Below are positions 25,188-33,756 of a stretch of DNA of 37,311 nucleotides, piece after piece (within the stretch, counting starts at the first letter, position 1; each line of letters starts with the position of its first letter). The DNA is from Pseudomonadota bacterium. Lineage in GTDB: Bacteria; Bdellovibrionota; FAC87; UBA2466. Where the stretch lies: positions 1-37,311 of the forward strand of contig JAYUGC010000048.1 in NCBI GenBank assembly GCA_043767805.1. Reading direction: 5' to 3'. Under the pieces are notes generated by a model. The model had not been told where the DNA came from, made no database searches, and saw only the letters and a list, made by a program, of their open reading frames with translations. The position numbers and the translations under genes are program-made.

Positions 25188-27046
25188 GAGCCCACCACTT
25201 TCTTCCACTCTCGCGGCGCCGGATGGATCTGGCAAACGCGGAATCCACCGCTCGGCCCGTTACGGAGGAGATCCCGGTTTTCCTGATCGAAGGCGCGGCC
25301 CAATAGCTCGGTTTGAACTCCCGAGGACTCGAACGCCCGTTGACTCATGACCATGTCGCTCCCCCGCGACTCCTTCAAGATTTGGAAGAGACGGTGGACG
25401 GTCTCCCCGAAGAAGTCCATCTGGCCTCCCCGGGACAAAACCAACGCCGGCCCCGAGTGAACCGCGATGTTGAGCTGGAAGAGAGCCGTTCCGTCCGGGC
25501 CCACGCCATTGGCCTCGGCGGACTCCACGATTTGAAAAGCCGTGGCAACGGCTTTTCCGGGACTCGCAAAGGAAGCAAGCACCGTATCTCCCATGATCCG
25601 AACCAGGGCGCCTTCGTTTTTGACGACGAGCGCGGCGACAGCGGCCAGATAGCCGTGAATCTCGCTAAGTCCCGCCTTATCTCCGCGGCTGGCGATAAAA
25701 TCCGTGGAGTCACGCAAGCTTACCGCGAGAAAGGCCATGTCCGCGATAGGAAAGCGCAAACCGGGTCCCGGCGCTTCGCGAGGAAAGAGATTTCTGAACT
25801 CCGGGTGCAAGATCGCTTCTCTCGCGGTCAACGCCGAAACGTCTCCGACCGCGTCTTCCAGTGAGACCACGATCGGAAAGGGGCTGCGGTTCGTAATCTC
25901 TATCTCCTGCCTACCGGGCCGGAAGAGCACACCCTCGCTTACCCACCCCGAGCCGTTGAAAATGAGCTTCACCTTCGTAGGCTTGGGGGAAGGCCGCTGC
26001 GTGGGACTCAGAACGCACAAGTGATGGGTCCGCAAAGTCCGGCAAACGAATTTCTCTTCACCCCATTCGGTCGAAAGCTCCACCGTTTCTCCGGGCGGCA
26101 AAAACCTCTGCATCCAAACATGCGGCATGACCGCGGGCTCGGGACGATACAGCGAAGTAGGATGGGTACGGCGCACTTCGGGGTGCACGGAAAATCTCAG
26201 GTCCAGTGACCGATCGAAGTCCACGTGAAAACTCGCCGTGCAACGATCGCAGTGCGCTTTCTGCGGCACTAGCTCGAGCTTCGAAAAGGCCGAGGCTGGC
26301 CAGTGGCAACGAGAGCAAAGCACGGTCCACTCCCTGGTGAGCAGTCCCTCACTCGCGGCATAGAGAAACAGGCGCACCACCGCGGCTTCCGGCACGTCCC
26401 ACGAGCCCGCGAGATCTTTCGGGCGCATGTGAGTCACTTCCTCGTCGGTACCGTGGATGAGATGCTGCTTCAAGCGCAGCAACAAGATGCCGTTGTCCTC
26501 CACGGAGGCGGCAAACCGTTTGAGGTGCCTCTCCCAGCCGAGCAGTTTTACGAACTCGTGCGCGCGGCGGGGAAAGAGATACTTGCCCCGCTCGCTGAAG
26601 TTCAGAAAAAAAGCGCTGCAATATTGGTGGATGCTGCGAAGCCACCGCATTCCGCGAAGCCGTACCCAGGGCGCGAGCCAGTTCCAGCGCGGTGTGATTT
26701 CCGCGTACGCTCTTACCCGTGTTCCTCGCTCAGTCGCCTCGAGGACCACGCCTCTGACGTAGCGAATGAGGGGGCCGCTATCGAACTCACGGAGCACGCA
26801 GAAGCTGCGGTTTCTCACCCAGTCGTACGGATGCTCCCGCCAACGCAATAAAAATTTCGGAACGAGGGGAACCCACGCGGGAAGCGCGAACCGATCGCGT
26901 TCGAGAGGATGCGGGCCATACTGCACGGAGGAGAGCCGCGCCATGTGATGCAGGCGATCGGTGTGGGCAAGCAAATGCCACACTCTCTCCAACGGTAACG
27001 CATACTCACGCACGCGTTCCAATCGTATGGGTTTGGGCTGGGCCAA
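25184..27046 (-). CDS. SRPBCC-like, DUF5939-like and degenerate class III adenylate/guanylate cyclase domain protein
   Basis: AAGGAG site and TTG; WREHPYDW N-domain; MRPKDLAGSW, CSRC…CDRC…DFDRSLDLRFSVHP; cyclase-fold GDTVLASF, HSGPAL, DFFGETV. Confidence 0.8.
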   Translation of the reverse strand: MAQPKPIRLERVREYALPLERVWHLLAHTDRLHHMARLSSVQYGPHPLERDRFALPAWVPLVPKFLLRWREHPYDWVRNRSFCVLREFDSGPLIRYVRGVVLEATERGTRVRAYAEITPRWNWLAPWVRLRGMRWLRSIHQYCSAFFLNFSERGKYLFPRRAHEFVKLLGWERHLKRFAASVEDNGILLLRLKQHLIHGTDEEVTHMRPKDLAGSWDVPEAAVVRLFLYAASEGLLTREWTVLCSRCHWPASAFSKLELVPQKAHCDRCTASFHVDFDRSLDLRFSVHPEVRRTHPTSLYRPEPAVMPHVWMQRFLPPGETVELSTEWGEEKFVCRTLRTHHLCVLSPTQRPSPKPTKVKLIFNGSGWVSEGVLFRPGRQEIEITNRSPFPIVVSLEDAVGDVSALTAREAILHPEFRNLFPREAPGPGLRFPIADMAFLAVSLRDSTDFIASRGDKAGLSEIHGYLAAVAALVVKNEGALVRIMGDTVLASFASPGKAVATAFQIVESAEANGVGPDGTALFQLNIAVHSGPALVLSRGGQMDFFGETVHRLFQILKESRGSDMVMSQRAFESSGVQTELLGRAFDQENRDLLRNGPSGGFRVCQIHPAPREWKKVVGS

Positions 27047-27066
27047 GGCAGAACCTCTCCTTAGTC

Positions 27067-27074
27067 TTATCGGC
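27067..27074 (-). promoter_or_regulatory. Putative sigma28 -10 element
   Basis: Exact GCCGATAA on the minus strand 20 nt upstream of the cyclase start; no clear -35. Confidence 0.4.
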
Positions 27075-27113
27075 TAAAAAGAGGTTCCGCCCATGTCTGG
27101 CCGCGGCGCGGCT

Positions 27114-27314
27114 TTACGCATCGCGGTAAACGTTTGCGAATTGCTCGGAGAACGCTTCGGCGGAGCTGCGCGTGGTCGATTTCGCGCTCCGGGGCTCGAT
27201 CGATCCCGTACGGCCTTCATTCAAGGCGCGATAGAGCTCGATCATGTTCGCGGCCCCGCTCTCGCTCATGCCGACTTGAAGCATCGCTTGGTTCGCGTCC
27301 TCGTAAGAGAAGGC
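27114..27314 (-). pseudogene. 3' remnant of an NmrA-family NAD(P)-binding protein gene
   Basis: AFSYEDANQAMLQVGMSESGAANMIELYRALNEG…EPRSAKSTT…EAFSEQFANVY resembles NmrA-like C-termini; the Rossmann N-terminus is absent. Confidence 0.65.
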
Positions 27315-27315
27315 G

Positions 27316-27699
27316 TTCGTTTGCCTCGTGCGCGATTCGCACCCCACCATCCGAAAGCGCCTCACGCTCAAACAGTACTTGGAGACCGATCACCTGCTCA
27401 TCTCGCCTTTCGGCGGGCTCACTGGAACCGTCGACGACGCGCTCGCGAAAATCGGGCTGAAGCGCCGGATACGCATGGCGGTACCGCAATTTTCCTCCGC
27501 GCCTTTCGTCCTGGCCGAGACGGATCTTATCCTCACCCTGCCCGCGCGAGGGGCGCAGGCGGCGGGACCTGGATTTCGATCCTTCACGCCACCCGTAGCA
27601 ATCGACGGCTTTCCCTTCTTCGCGCTATGGAACGAGCGCACACAAGGGGACGCCGCTCAGCGCTGGGTGCGAGAACCGCTCTTTGCCGGCGCCGCCTGA
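27316..27699 (+). pseudogene. 3' remnant of a LysR-family regulator gene (part of the substrate-binding domain)
   Basis: FVCLVRDSHP…LTLKQYL…HLLIS…VDDALAKIGLKRRI…VP…TDLILTLP…W…AQRWVRE; no HTH; in-frame TAA at 27304. Confidence 0.8.
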
Positions 27700-27753
27700 T
27701 TTGACTCGGCACGGTTAAGACGGAAGATCGGGGTTGGGCTACACTGTGCGTCT

Positions 27754-28017
27754 ATGCGCATTCAGGTTGAGTATCGATCCGAAGGGACGGGGTCCATTCA
27801 TCCCGAGCGTTTTTTCGTCGGCAAACGGGAGTTGGGCATCGTCGAGGTCATCGATCGCTGGATCGCCCCTCACCTCAGCTATTTCAAGGTCAAAGCGGAA
27901 GACAACGCGGAGTACATCCTGCGCTGGGATACCCAAGACAACTCTTGGGAGATTACCCTTTTCCGTTCTTCGGCCCTGCCCCTCGTCGCTTCCGCCCGCG
28001 ATCTTAAAATGACGTGA
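27754..28017 (+). CDS. Conserved small hypothetical protein (DUF6504-like)
   Basis: PERF…VEVIDRW…YFKV…YILR.D…WEI pattern seen in small cytoplasmic proteins. Confidence 0.7.
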   Translation: MRIQVEYRSEGTGSIHPERFFVGKRELGIVEVIDRWIAPHLSYFKVKAEDNAEYILRWDTQDNSWEITLFRSSALPLVASARDLKMT

Positions 28018-28798
28018 GCGCGTCCCGGCGCAACTTGTACTTCACTTCGTCGGGCTGAGTGAAGTTGAAGTTGTAGATCGCGCCTTCCCAGTCGCCATAC
28101 ATGGGATTGGGGATGACGATGTACTCTCCACCGAACTTGGCTTTCTCCGCTTCCACAGCTTTCAGGCGATCCGCCACGGTCTTCTGATCGAAGGCCTTGT
28201 CCAGGTCGTTCAGGTTATCGCCGAGCAAGATGGCGATACGATGCTTCACGCGAATTTTCTGGCGGCGGGGCTCTTTGTTGGTCTCGGGAGAGCGCACCAT
28301 CAGGGTCTCTTCGGACGCGTCTGGAAATCCGACCTCCTGGAGATTTTTCAAAGTGTCGGCTTTCTGCGCTTCATTTCGGTTGGTCACGTAGAAAACCCGG
28401 TAGCCTTTGGAATGGGCGTAGGTAAGAAACTCCACGGCGCCGATGAGCGGTTTCGCTTTGGCGGCGCTGATCCATTCATTCCAGCCTTTGGGGTAGGCTT
28501 CGCCGGTCAGAACCACGCGCGCTTCGAACGGACTATTGTCGAGAACGGTCTCATCCACGTCGACTACGATGGCTGGGGGCAAGTCGCCTTTTTTGCGCTT
28601 CACCTTCAGATCGTTATCGAGGACCATCCGGGCGAGCCGGAAGGTTTGGTGCAGGAGCGCCCGGGCTTCGCCGGACGTCTGGAACCAGAGGGTCGCCCCC
28701 GTGAGGTACTCATTCTGGTTCTTGGTGGAGGTGGAACCGCAGGACGCCAGGCCCAATACGACGAACACGCCCAAGCCGAAATCTAAAACTCGTTTCAT
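28004..28798 (-). CDS. 5'-nucleotidase / class C acid phosphatase, lipoprotein e(P4) family
   Basis: Lipobox LASC, WFQTSGE, HAD motif DVDETVLDNS, YVTNR, GDNLND, IPNPMYGDWE. Confidence 0.93.
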   Translation of the reverse strand: MKRVLDFGLGVFVVLGLASCGSTSTKNQNEYLTGATLWFQTSGEARALLHQTFRLARMVLDNDLKVKRKKGDLPPAIVVDVDETVLDNSPFEARVVLTGEAYPKGWNEWISAAKAKPLIGAVEFLTYAHSKGYRVFYVTNRNEAQKADTLKNLQEVGFPDASEETLMVRSPETNKEPRRQKIRVKHRIAILLGDNLNDLDKAFDQKTVADRLKAVEAEKAKFGGEYIVIPNPMYGDWEGAIYNFNFTQPDEVKYKLRRDALTSF

Positions 28799-28875
28799 TT
28801 GTCTCCCCATTACCGCGAAGCGGCAAACCCGGGGGACACCCTAACGAACTTGGGGAAAGTTGTCGAATGGCAGGT

Positions 28876-29721
28876 CTAGACGAAGGCTGGGATGCTGAAG
28901 GACAGCATGATGAAGACCATCCAGAGGACGAAAGCCGTCTGGCGGACGTCGTTTTCGAGAAGCTGAAGGTGAGAGTTGGCCAGCGTGCTGCCCTTGTCCT
29001 CGATGCCCGTCACTTCCGACACGAAATGGATCATGTTATCGGTATCCAAAACGCGAAGGCCCAAGGTCCAGTAGCCCTCGTACTCGTAAACCCAAACCAC
29101 TTCGACCGGAAGAGACTTCTTCAAGCCCGTCCAGTCGATGTGGACGCTGAGGCGATGGCCCCGGCGTAATTTCTTCAGATACCCTTTGAAATGTTCTTTC
29201 GGAATGCGAATGCCCATTCCGGTCGACGAGCAGTTTTCCATGAGGGCCTCTACGCGCTCGTCGCGGCCGCCGGCGGTAATCTTCAAGCCGACGTTCACGT
29301 CGTAGCGCCGCGCTTTGCGCCAGGCCCGTCCATTTTTCGAGAGAAACGGAAACAGAAAATCCCGGTTGGTCAGTAAAAGCCCGAGATACGCCATGCAGCC
29401 CACGAGGAGGTAGCGCACGAGGAGTAAGTCCCACGGGAGCTCGGCGCCATAAACGTAGGAATGCAACGCCAGCAATAGGCATTGCACGAGATAGACCGGG
29501 AAAAACAAAAAGCGGCGCACTACGATGGCGGCCACGAGGAGCCACGGCAAAATCCAGTAGGCGGCAATGACCACGGCGGTGTTAAACGCTCCCTCGCGCG
29601 CGAAAAGCGCCCACGGGGTTCCGTGGAAGATGAGCGACGTGAGGGGCATCAGGAAAAAGATCCCCACCATCACGGCTAAAGGCCGAGGTAACACGCTAAA
29701 TTGCCTCCGAATGGCAGACAC
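28876..29721 (-). CDS. Multi-TM membrane protein with PilZ domain
   Basis: About four N-terminal TMs, RKARR (RxxxR) and NCSSTG ((D/N)xSxxG), EVVW…GLR, C-terminal TM. Confidence 0.75.
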   Translation of the reverse strand: MSAIRRQFSVLPRPLAVMVGIFFLMPLTSLIFHGTPWALFAREGAFNTAVVIAAYWILPWLLVAAIVVRRFLFFPVYLVQCLLLALHSYVYGAELPWDLLLVRYLLVGCMAYLGLLLTNRDFLFPFLSKNGRAWRKARRYDVNVGLKITAGGRDERVEALMENCSSTGMGIRIPKEHFKGYLKKLRRGHRLSVHIDWTGLKKSLPVEVVWVYEYEGYWTLGLRVLDTDNMIHFVSEVTGIEDKGSTLANSHLQLLENDVRQTAFVLWMVFIMLSFSIPAFV

Positions 29722-29922
29722 CTAAAAGCCTCCGCGCGGTGCGATCTTTTAGCGTTACGTGATTTTTAAGCGAGGATGGAACGAGACTCCGGAAGGAGGC
29801 CCCACTATTTCCGCTTACGTACCGCTAATTGCACTTTGAGTCTGGGATGAAAACTAAGAAGGGTCGGCCCGTTTAGACCGACTTAAAGTTAAGTGTATAC
29901 TGCGCTGCGGCATTGCGCAAGC

Positions 29923-31149
29923 TTACCGGTGGTAAGTTATTGTAACCTCATCAACTTTGATGTTTTTCACACGATGTGCGAGCCAAATCGAGCAAAGGGT
30001 GACTCCTCCCCCCAGCCAACCGGCGATCGGAAAGTGCGTGAGCGATCCATCGGCCGCCTGGCCCACGATGTGACCTGAAACGTAAGTCGCAAGTCCGAGC
30101 GCTATCTGCTGAAGGCTCGAATTGAAGCTAAGAAAACTCCCGCGCACGCGCGCCTCGGAAGCGGAAGTGATGAGCGTCATCGCGGGCACCCAGCGCCCTG
30201 ATACGAAAATGAAGAAGAGTGAGGTCAGCACCAGCGCCCAGGCGAAAGGCACTCGCGGGAGATAAGGCAAAAGCACGAGCGGCACGAGCGAGCAAAGCGC
30301 CACGCCGGTAAAAACTTTGTGCGCGCCGTAGCGATCGGTCAGCCCGCCGAACAGGCGCGCCGAGAAAAAGGTGCAGCCGCCCCCGATCAGGTAGACGTAG
30401 GGCAGCTGAGCCTCCGTCAGACCGACGTTACTGACCAGGAACGGACTTAAAAAAGGAATCACCAAAAACCCGCCGCCGATGACGAAGGTGGTAAGTAGAT
30501 AGGCACGGATATGAGGGCCGTGCGTGATGACGTAGCGCAGATCCGCGCCGAGGGCCGCGCCCTCTTGCGCGGCCAAGTGCCCGCGCATGGGAGGAAGCTG
30601 CCAAGCGGCGAGCGCCCACACGCCGATTCCCAAAAAAGCTATGGCAAGAAATGGAACGGACCATGTGTAGTGAGAAGCGAGAAATAAGCCGATCGGAATG
30701 CCCACGACGGAAGCGACCGAGAACGCCGAGAGGATGATGCCGGTCGCGGCCCCTCGCCGCTCCACGGGAACGACGTCCGCCACGATGGCAAACACGCCGG
30801 CCGCGAGCGTCCCGCCGAAAGCACCGGCCACGATGCGCGCGAAAAGCAGCCAGGTGTACTCATGCACCAAGCCGCATAGAGCAGTGCCTCCCATGAAGCC
30901 CAGGTAGCAAGCGAGCAGCACGCGTTTGCGGTCGAAGCGATCGACGAAGAGCGACGCGAAGAAGCCGGAGATACCCGCGCTCCAGGTGTAGGACGAGACC
31001 AAAAGGCTGAATTGAACGGGCGACAGATTCATCACCCGCATGAGCTGCGGGCCAAGCGGCATCAGCAATACGAAATCACTCACGTGGCAGAACTGAATCG
31101 TCGCCAGCACGAATAAAATGAGGCCTTCCCGTCGCCGCTTGATTTGCAT
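29923..31149 (-). CDS. MFS transporter (DHA1-like)
   Basis: About 12 TMs, motif A SLFVDRFDRKR, ARIVAGAFGG; ATG at 31149. Confidence 0.9.
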   Translation of the reverse strand: MQIKRRREGLILFVLATIQFCHVSDFVLLMPLGPQLMRVMNLSPVQFSLLVSSYTWSAGISGFFASLFVDRFDRKRVLLACYLGFMGGTALCGLVHEYTWLLFARIVAGAFGGTLAAGVFAIVADVVPVERRGAATGIILSAFSVASVVGIPIGLFLASHYTWSVPFLAIAFLGIGVWALAAWQLPPMRGHLAAQEGAALGADLRYVITHGPHIRAYLLTTFVIGGGFLVIPFLSPFLVSNVGLTEAQLPYVYLIGGGCTFFSARLFGGLTDRYGAHKVFTGVALCSLVPLVLLPYLPRVPFAWALVLTSLFFIFVSGRWVPAMTLITSASEARVRGSFLSFNSSLQQIALGLATYVSGHIVGQAADGSLTHFPIAGWLGGGVTLCSIWLAHRVKNIKVDEVTITYHR

Positions 31150-31255
31150 GGAGAGTAAAAGGGAAACACGGCGCCACCGCTTTGTCCACGGGAGCCGGAA
31201 TGGCCCGCCAAATCGTCGTCTTGACAGTCCGCCTGCGTCTTTCTTTACTTGCCCC

Positions 31256-31807
31256 ATGACTTACCAAGTCCCCCCCGAGGCTCAAAAGAATTTCATCGGC
31301 GTCAAATCGACTCTCAACTGGGACGAGTACTTCATGCTCCAGGCCATGCTGGCCAGCTACAAGAGCAAGGACCCGAACACGAAGGTGGGCTGCGTCTTCG
31401 TCGATAAAAATAACCACCAGATCACCATGGGCTATAACGGGGCCATCTCCGGCATCGATGAGTCACAGATGCCCTGGGGCAACGACCGCTCGGTCTCCCT
31501 CGAGTACCAGAAGTACGGCTACGTCATTCACAGCGAGGCCAACGCCATCTCTCACCGCCATGCGAGCCTCGAGGCCGCGCGCGGCTACGTGACGCTATTT
31601 CCCTGCAACGAATGCGCGAAGCTCATCGCCACTCAGCGAGTCTCGGAAATCATCTACTTGTCGGATAAATACGAGGACACGCCGGAGATTCGCATCGCGA
31701 AACGCATCTTCGATCTCTCGGGCGTGAAGTACCGGCAGCTCGTGATCAATCCCAAGATCGTGGAAGGGCTCAACACCTACCTCTTGAATTTGCTCGCCTC
31801 GGTTTAA
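31256..31807 (+). CDS. dCMP deaminase (ComEB/DCTD family)
   Basis: WDEYFM…SKDPNTKVG, GYNG, HSEANAI and FPCNEC zinc motifs; ATG at 31256. Confidence 0.92.
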   Translation: MTYQVPPEAQKNFIGVKSTLNWDEYFMLQAMLASYKSKDPNTKVGCVFVDKNNHQITMGYNGAISGIDESQMPWGNDRSVSLEYQKYGYVIHSEANAISHRHASLEAARGYVTLFPCNECAKLIATQRVSEIIYLSDKYEDTPEIRIAKRIFDLSGVKYRQLVINPKIVEGLNTYLLNLLASV

Positions 31808-32389
31808 TCGTCAGGCGCGATCGCAAGTTACCTTCGCTCGCTTGATCCTATTTTCGCGACGTGTCATACTCGGTTCATAGGCTCGCTCATAAACGTTGCA
31901 CGTTGCTTGAAGATGCCGCCTTACGGGAGCGAGCCCTCGGCCCTAATTCGAAACTGTACAATTCGTCGCGCTTTCAGCGGAATGGTCCGTTGGGGCGTTT
32001 TGAAGCGGAACGTAGCGCTTCTCGTCGACACTTGGCACGCGCATGGTGCGCGGGCCGGAGGTCTTTCGAGAGGACAGCGGTACTCAAAACACAACGCGAA
32101 TTCCTACACGACACATCCAGATTCACACTTCTCAAAGGCGAGCCCCTTGATTGGTTCGCCCGATCTCAACTTTGATTTTGCGTTTTAATCCTGAGTGCCG
32201 AAGTGGCGCGGCTTTTTTCGCCGGCCACCTAGGAAAGGAGAAAGCGCACTAGAAGGACTCCGGAGTCCGGACGGGCTTATCAACACCTAGGCGGCGTTGG
32301 CCCTCTTCCCGCGATCCCCGAGTGGCTTCCAGTGGCTAAAAGCCATGAGATTAAAAAACGATTATCTGAAAGAGAAACCGCCTTAAGTA

Positions 32390-32610
32390 GGCAATGGCAG
32401 GGATTGCCGCGCCTCTAGGCGGACATCCTGGTTTCGTCGACATTGTCGCTTCCGGATCCCGGCGGATCCAGGTGCCGTCATCCCCGGCGCCAACTCCCCT
32501 CCGAGGTCGGGGTCCCCCCGGATCCGGAAGCGAAGGTTTTGCCCCCCGCTTTGTGTGTGCCGAGCCCCCGTGCGTAGGAATATCCGTCCCGCGCGCGGGG
32601 GCTTTTTTTT
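32390..32610 (+). ncRNA. Candidate structured RNA (sRNA or attenuator leader), family not recognised
   Basis: Stacked hairpins including a perfect 14-bp stem (32446-32459 with 32520-32533) and a terminator; no credible CDS. The 5' end is a guess. Confidence 0.5.
32563..32610 (+). terminator. Rho-independent terminator
   Basis: AGCCCCCGTGCG and CGCGCGGGGGCT form a 12-bp stem (one G-U) running into T8. Confidence 0.8.
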
Positions 32611-32649
32611 GTTTTAAAAGGCCCCGAGCGAAGTGCTAGCGTCGGCTTC

Positions 32650-33369
32650 ATGGGTCGGAGTCAGTCACGGTTATCCCGAAGCGCCGCTGCCGTTGAGGTC
32701 GTGGTCGCCCGCTATAAAGAAGCCGCGGATTGGACCCGCAACACGCCGTTGGCCTTGGCGGTCACCGTCTATGACAAGGGCGGGGATCTGCAGGCAGGCC
32801 TCTTTCCCGGCATGCGGACCCAGCGGCTCGCCAACGTGGGGCGCGAGGCCCACAGCTATCTCCACCATTTGGTCACCCACTACGACGAGCTTCGGCCAGT
32901 CACCGTTTTCTGTCAGGGTCATCCCTTCGATCATGCGCATGACCTCCATAGCTTCCTTCGCTCCTTGAGTGCCGGCACGACTCGTCTCGACGGCTTTCGC
33001 TGGCTGGGCTTCATCATTGATAGCGACGATCCGCGTGGCCGGCGGTTGTTCGTTCCCTGGAGCAAAAACCAAGACCGCCGCGAGTTGAGTTTCGATGCGT
33101 TTCATCGCCGTCTGTTCACGAAGGCCGCTTCCCCCTGGACGCATTTTCACGTTGGGGCGCAATTCGCCGTGACGCGAGAGCAGATTCACCGGCGGCCGCG
33201 TTCCTTTTACGAGCGCGCCCTCGAGCTCGCGGTCGAATTTCCAGACGGCGCCGCCTGTTTCGAGCGAGTGTGGGATCAGGTGTTCTCAGCGCGAGGCGTG
33301 GACCCGGCGCTACTCGCGGGCGAGCTATGCCGCTACCTCAAGCCCATCCGCCGTCTCCCGGGGAAATAA
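32650..33369 (+). CDS. DUF3431 domain protein
   Basis: VVARYKEAADW, VYDKG, NVGREAHSYLHHLVTHYDEL…VFCQGHPFDH, GAQFAVTREQIHRRPRSFY, FERVW. Confidence 0.85.
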   Translation: MGRSQSRLSRSAAAVEVVVARYKEAADWTRNTPLALAVTVYDKGGDLQAGLFPGMRTQRLANVGREAHSYLHHLVTHYDELRPVTVFCQGHPFDHAHDLHSFLRSLSAGTTRLDGFRWLGFIIDSDDPRGRRLFVPWSKNQDRRELSFDAFHRRLFTKAASPWTHFHVGAQFAVTREQIHRRPRSFYERALELAVEFPDGAACFERVWDQVFSARGVDPALLAGELCRYLKPIRRLPGK

Positions 33370-33455
33370 GTACGACACCTCGAAGCCAGTTACGGTGGAA
33401 GTCCGTGTCTGGGAAGACAAGTCGTCTTCCGCATCCCCCTAAAAAAGTAGACCTC

Positions 33456-33477
33456 AAAAGGTGTCCACACACTTTTT
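33456..33477. repeat. Single REP-like unit related to the 24301 repeat
   Basis: Minus strand AAAAAGTGTGTGGACACCTTTT versus AAAAGGTGTGTGGATACTTTT. Confidence 0.7.
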
Positions 33478-33482
33478 AGACG

Positions 33483-33749
33483 CTAGCTGCGCTTTAGGCA
33501 GACTTCGCGTTTTTTGGTGGCGCGTTCGTAGACGATGCAGACGTCGCCCTTTTTAAGGCCGTCGGCCATGACATCCATCATCGAAGTGTCGGTGACGCCG
33601 TTCACGCTGAGGAGTAAATCGCCTTGGCGGATACCTAAGTCATCGATGGCGTCGAAGTTTCTGACCGTCACCTTAGGCTTTGGCTGACAGGCCCAAAACG
33701 CGATCGCCCCTAAACCAACACAGAGAACATGGGTCAGGATTGGTCTCAT
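33483..33749 (-). CDS. Small membrane-anchored or lipoprotein with a minimal PDZ-like domain
   Basis: Hydrophobic N-terminus ending FWAC, then LGIRQGDLLLSVNG…IVYER. Confidence 0.65.
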   Translation of the reverse strand: MRPILTHVLCVGLGAIAFWACQPKPKVTVRNFDAIDDLGIRQGDLLLSVNGVTDTSMMDVMADGLKKGDVCIVYERATKKREVCLKRS

Positions 33750-33756
33750 CGCTTCC

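Noticed and set aside
28820..28845. c-di-GMP-I riboswitch-like GGCAAAC…GGAC
   Set aside because: No GAAA-capped stem, GCAAA or second stem, and it is on the wrong strand for the adjacent gene.
32395..32407. Sigma54 promoter TGGCA…TTGC
   Set aside because: GG-to-GC spacing is 8 nt, not the required 10.
31256..32610. dCMP deaminase plus nearby RNA as an AvcID/dCTP-deaminase antiphage system
   Set aside because: The protein is only 183 aa without the P-loop domain of AvcD, and the RNA candidate is downstream and distant; it looks housekeeping.
32394..32639. 81-aa ORF over the structured region
   Set aside because: Pro/Gly-rich, no ribosome-binding site, reads through the terminator.
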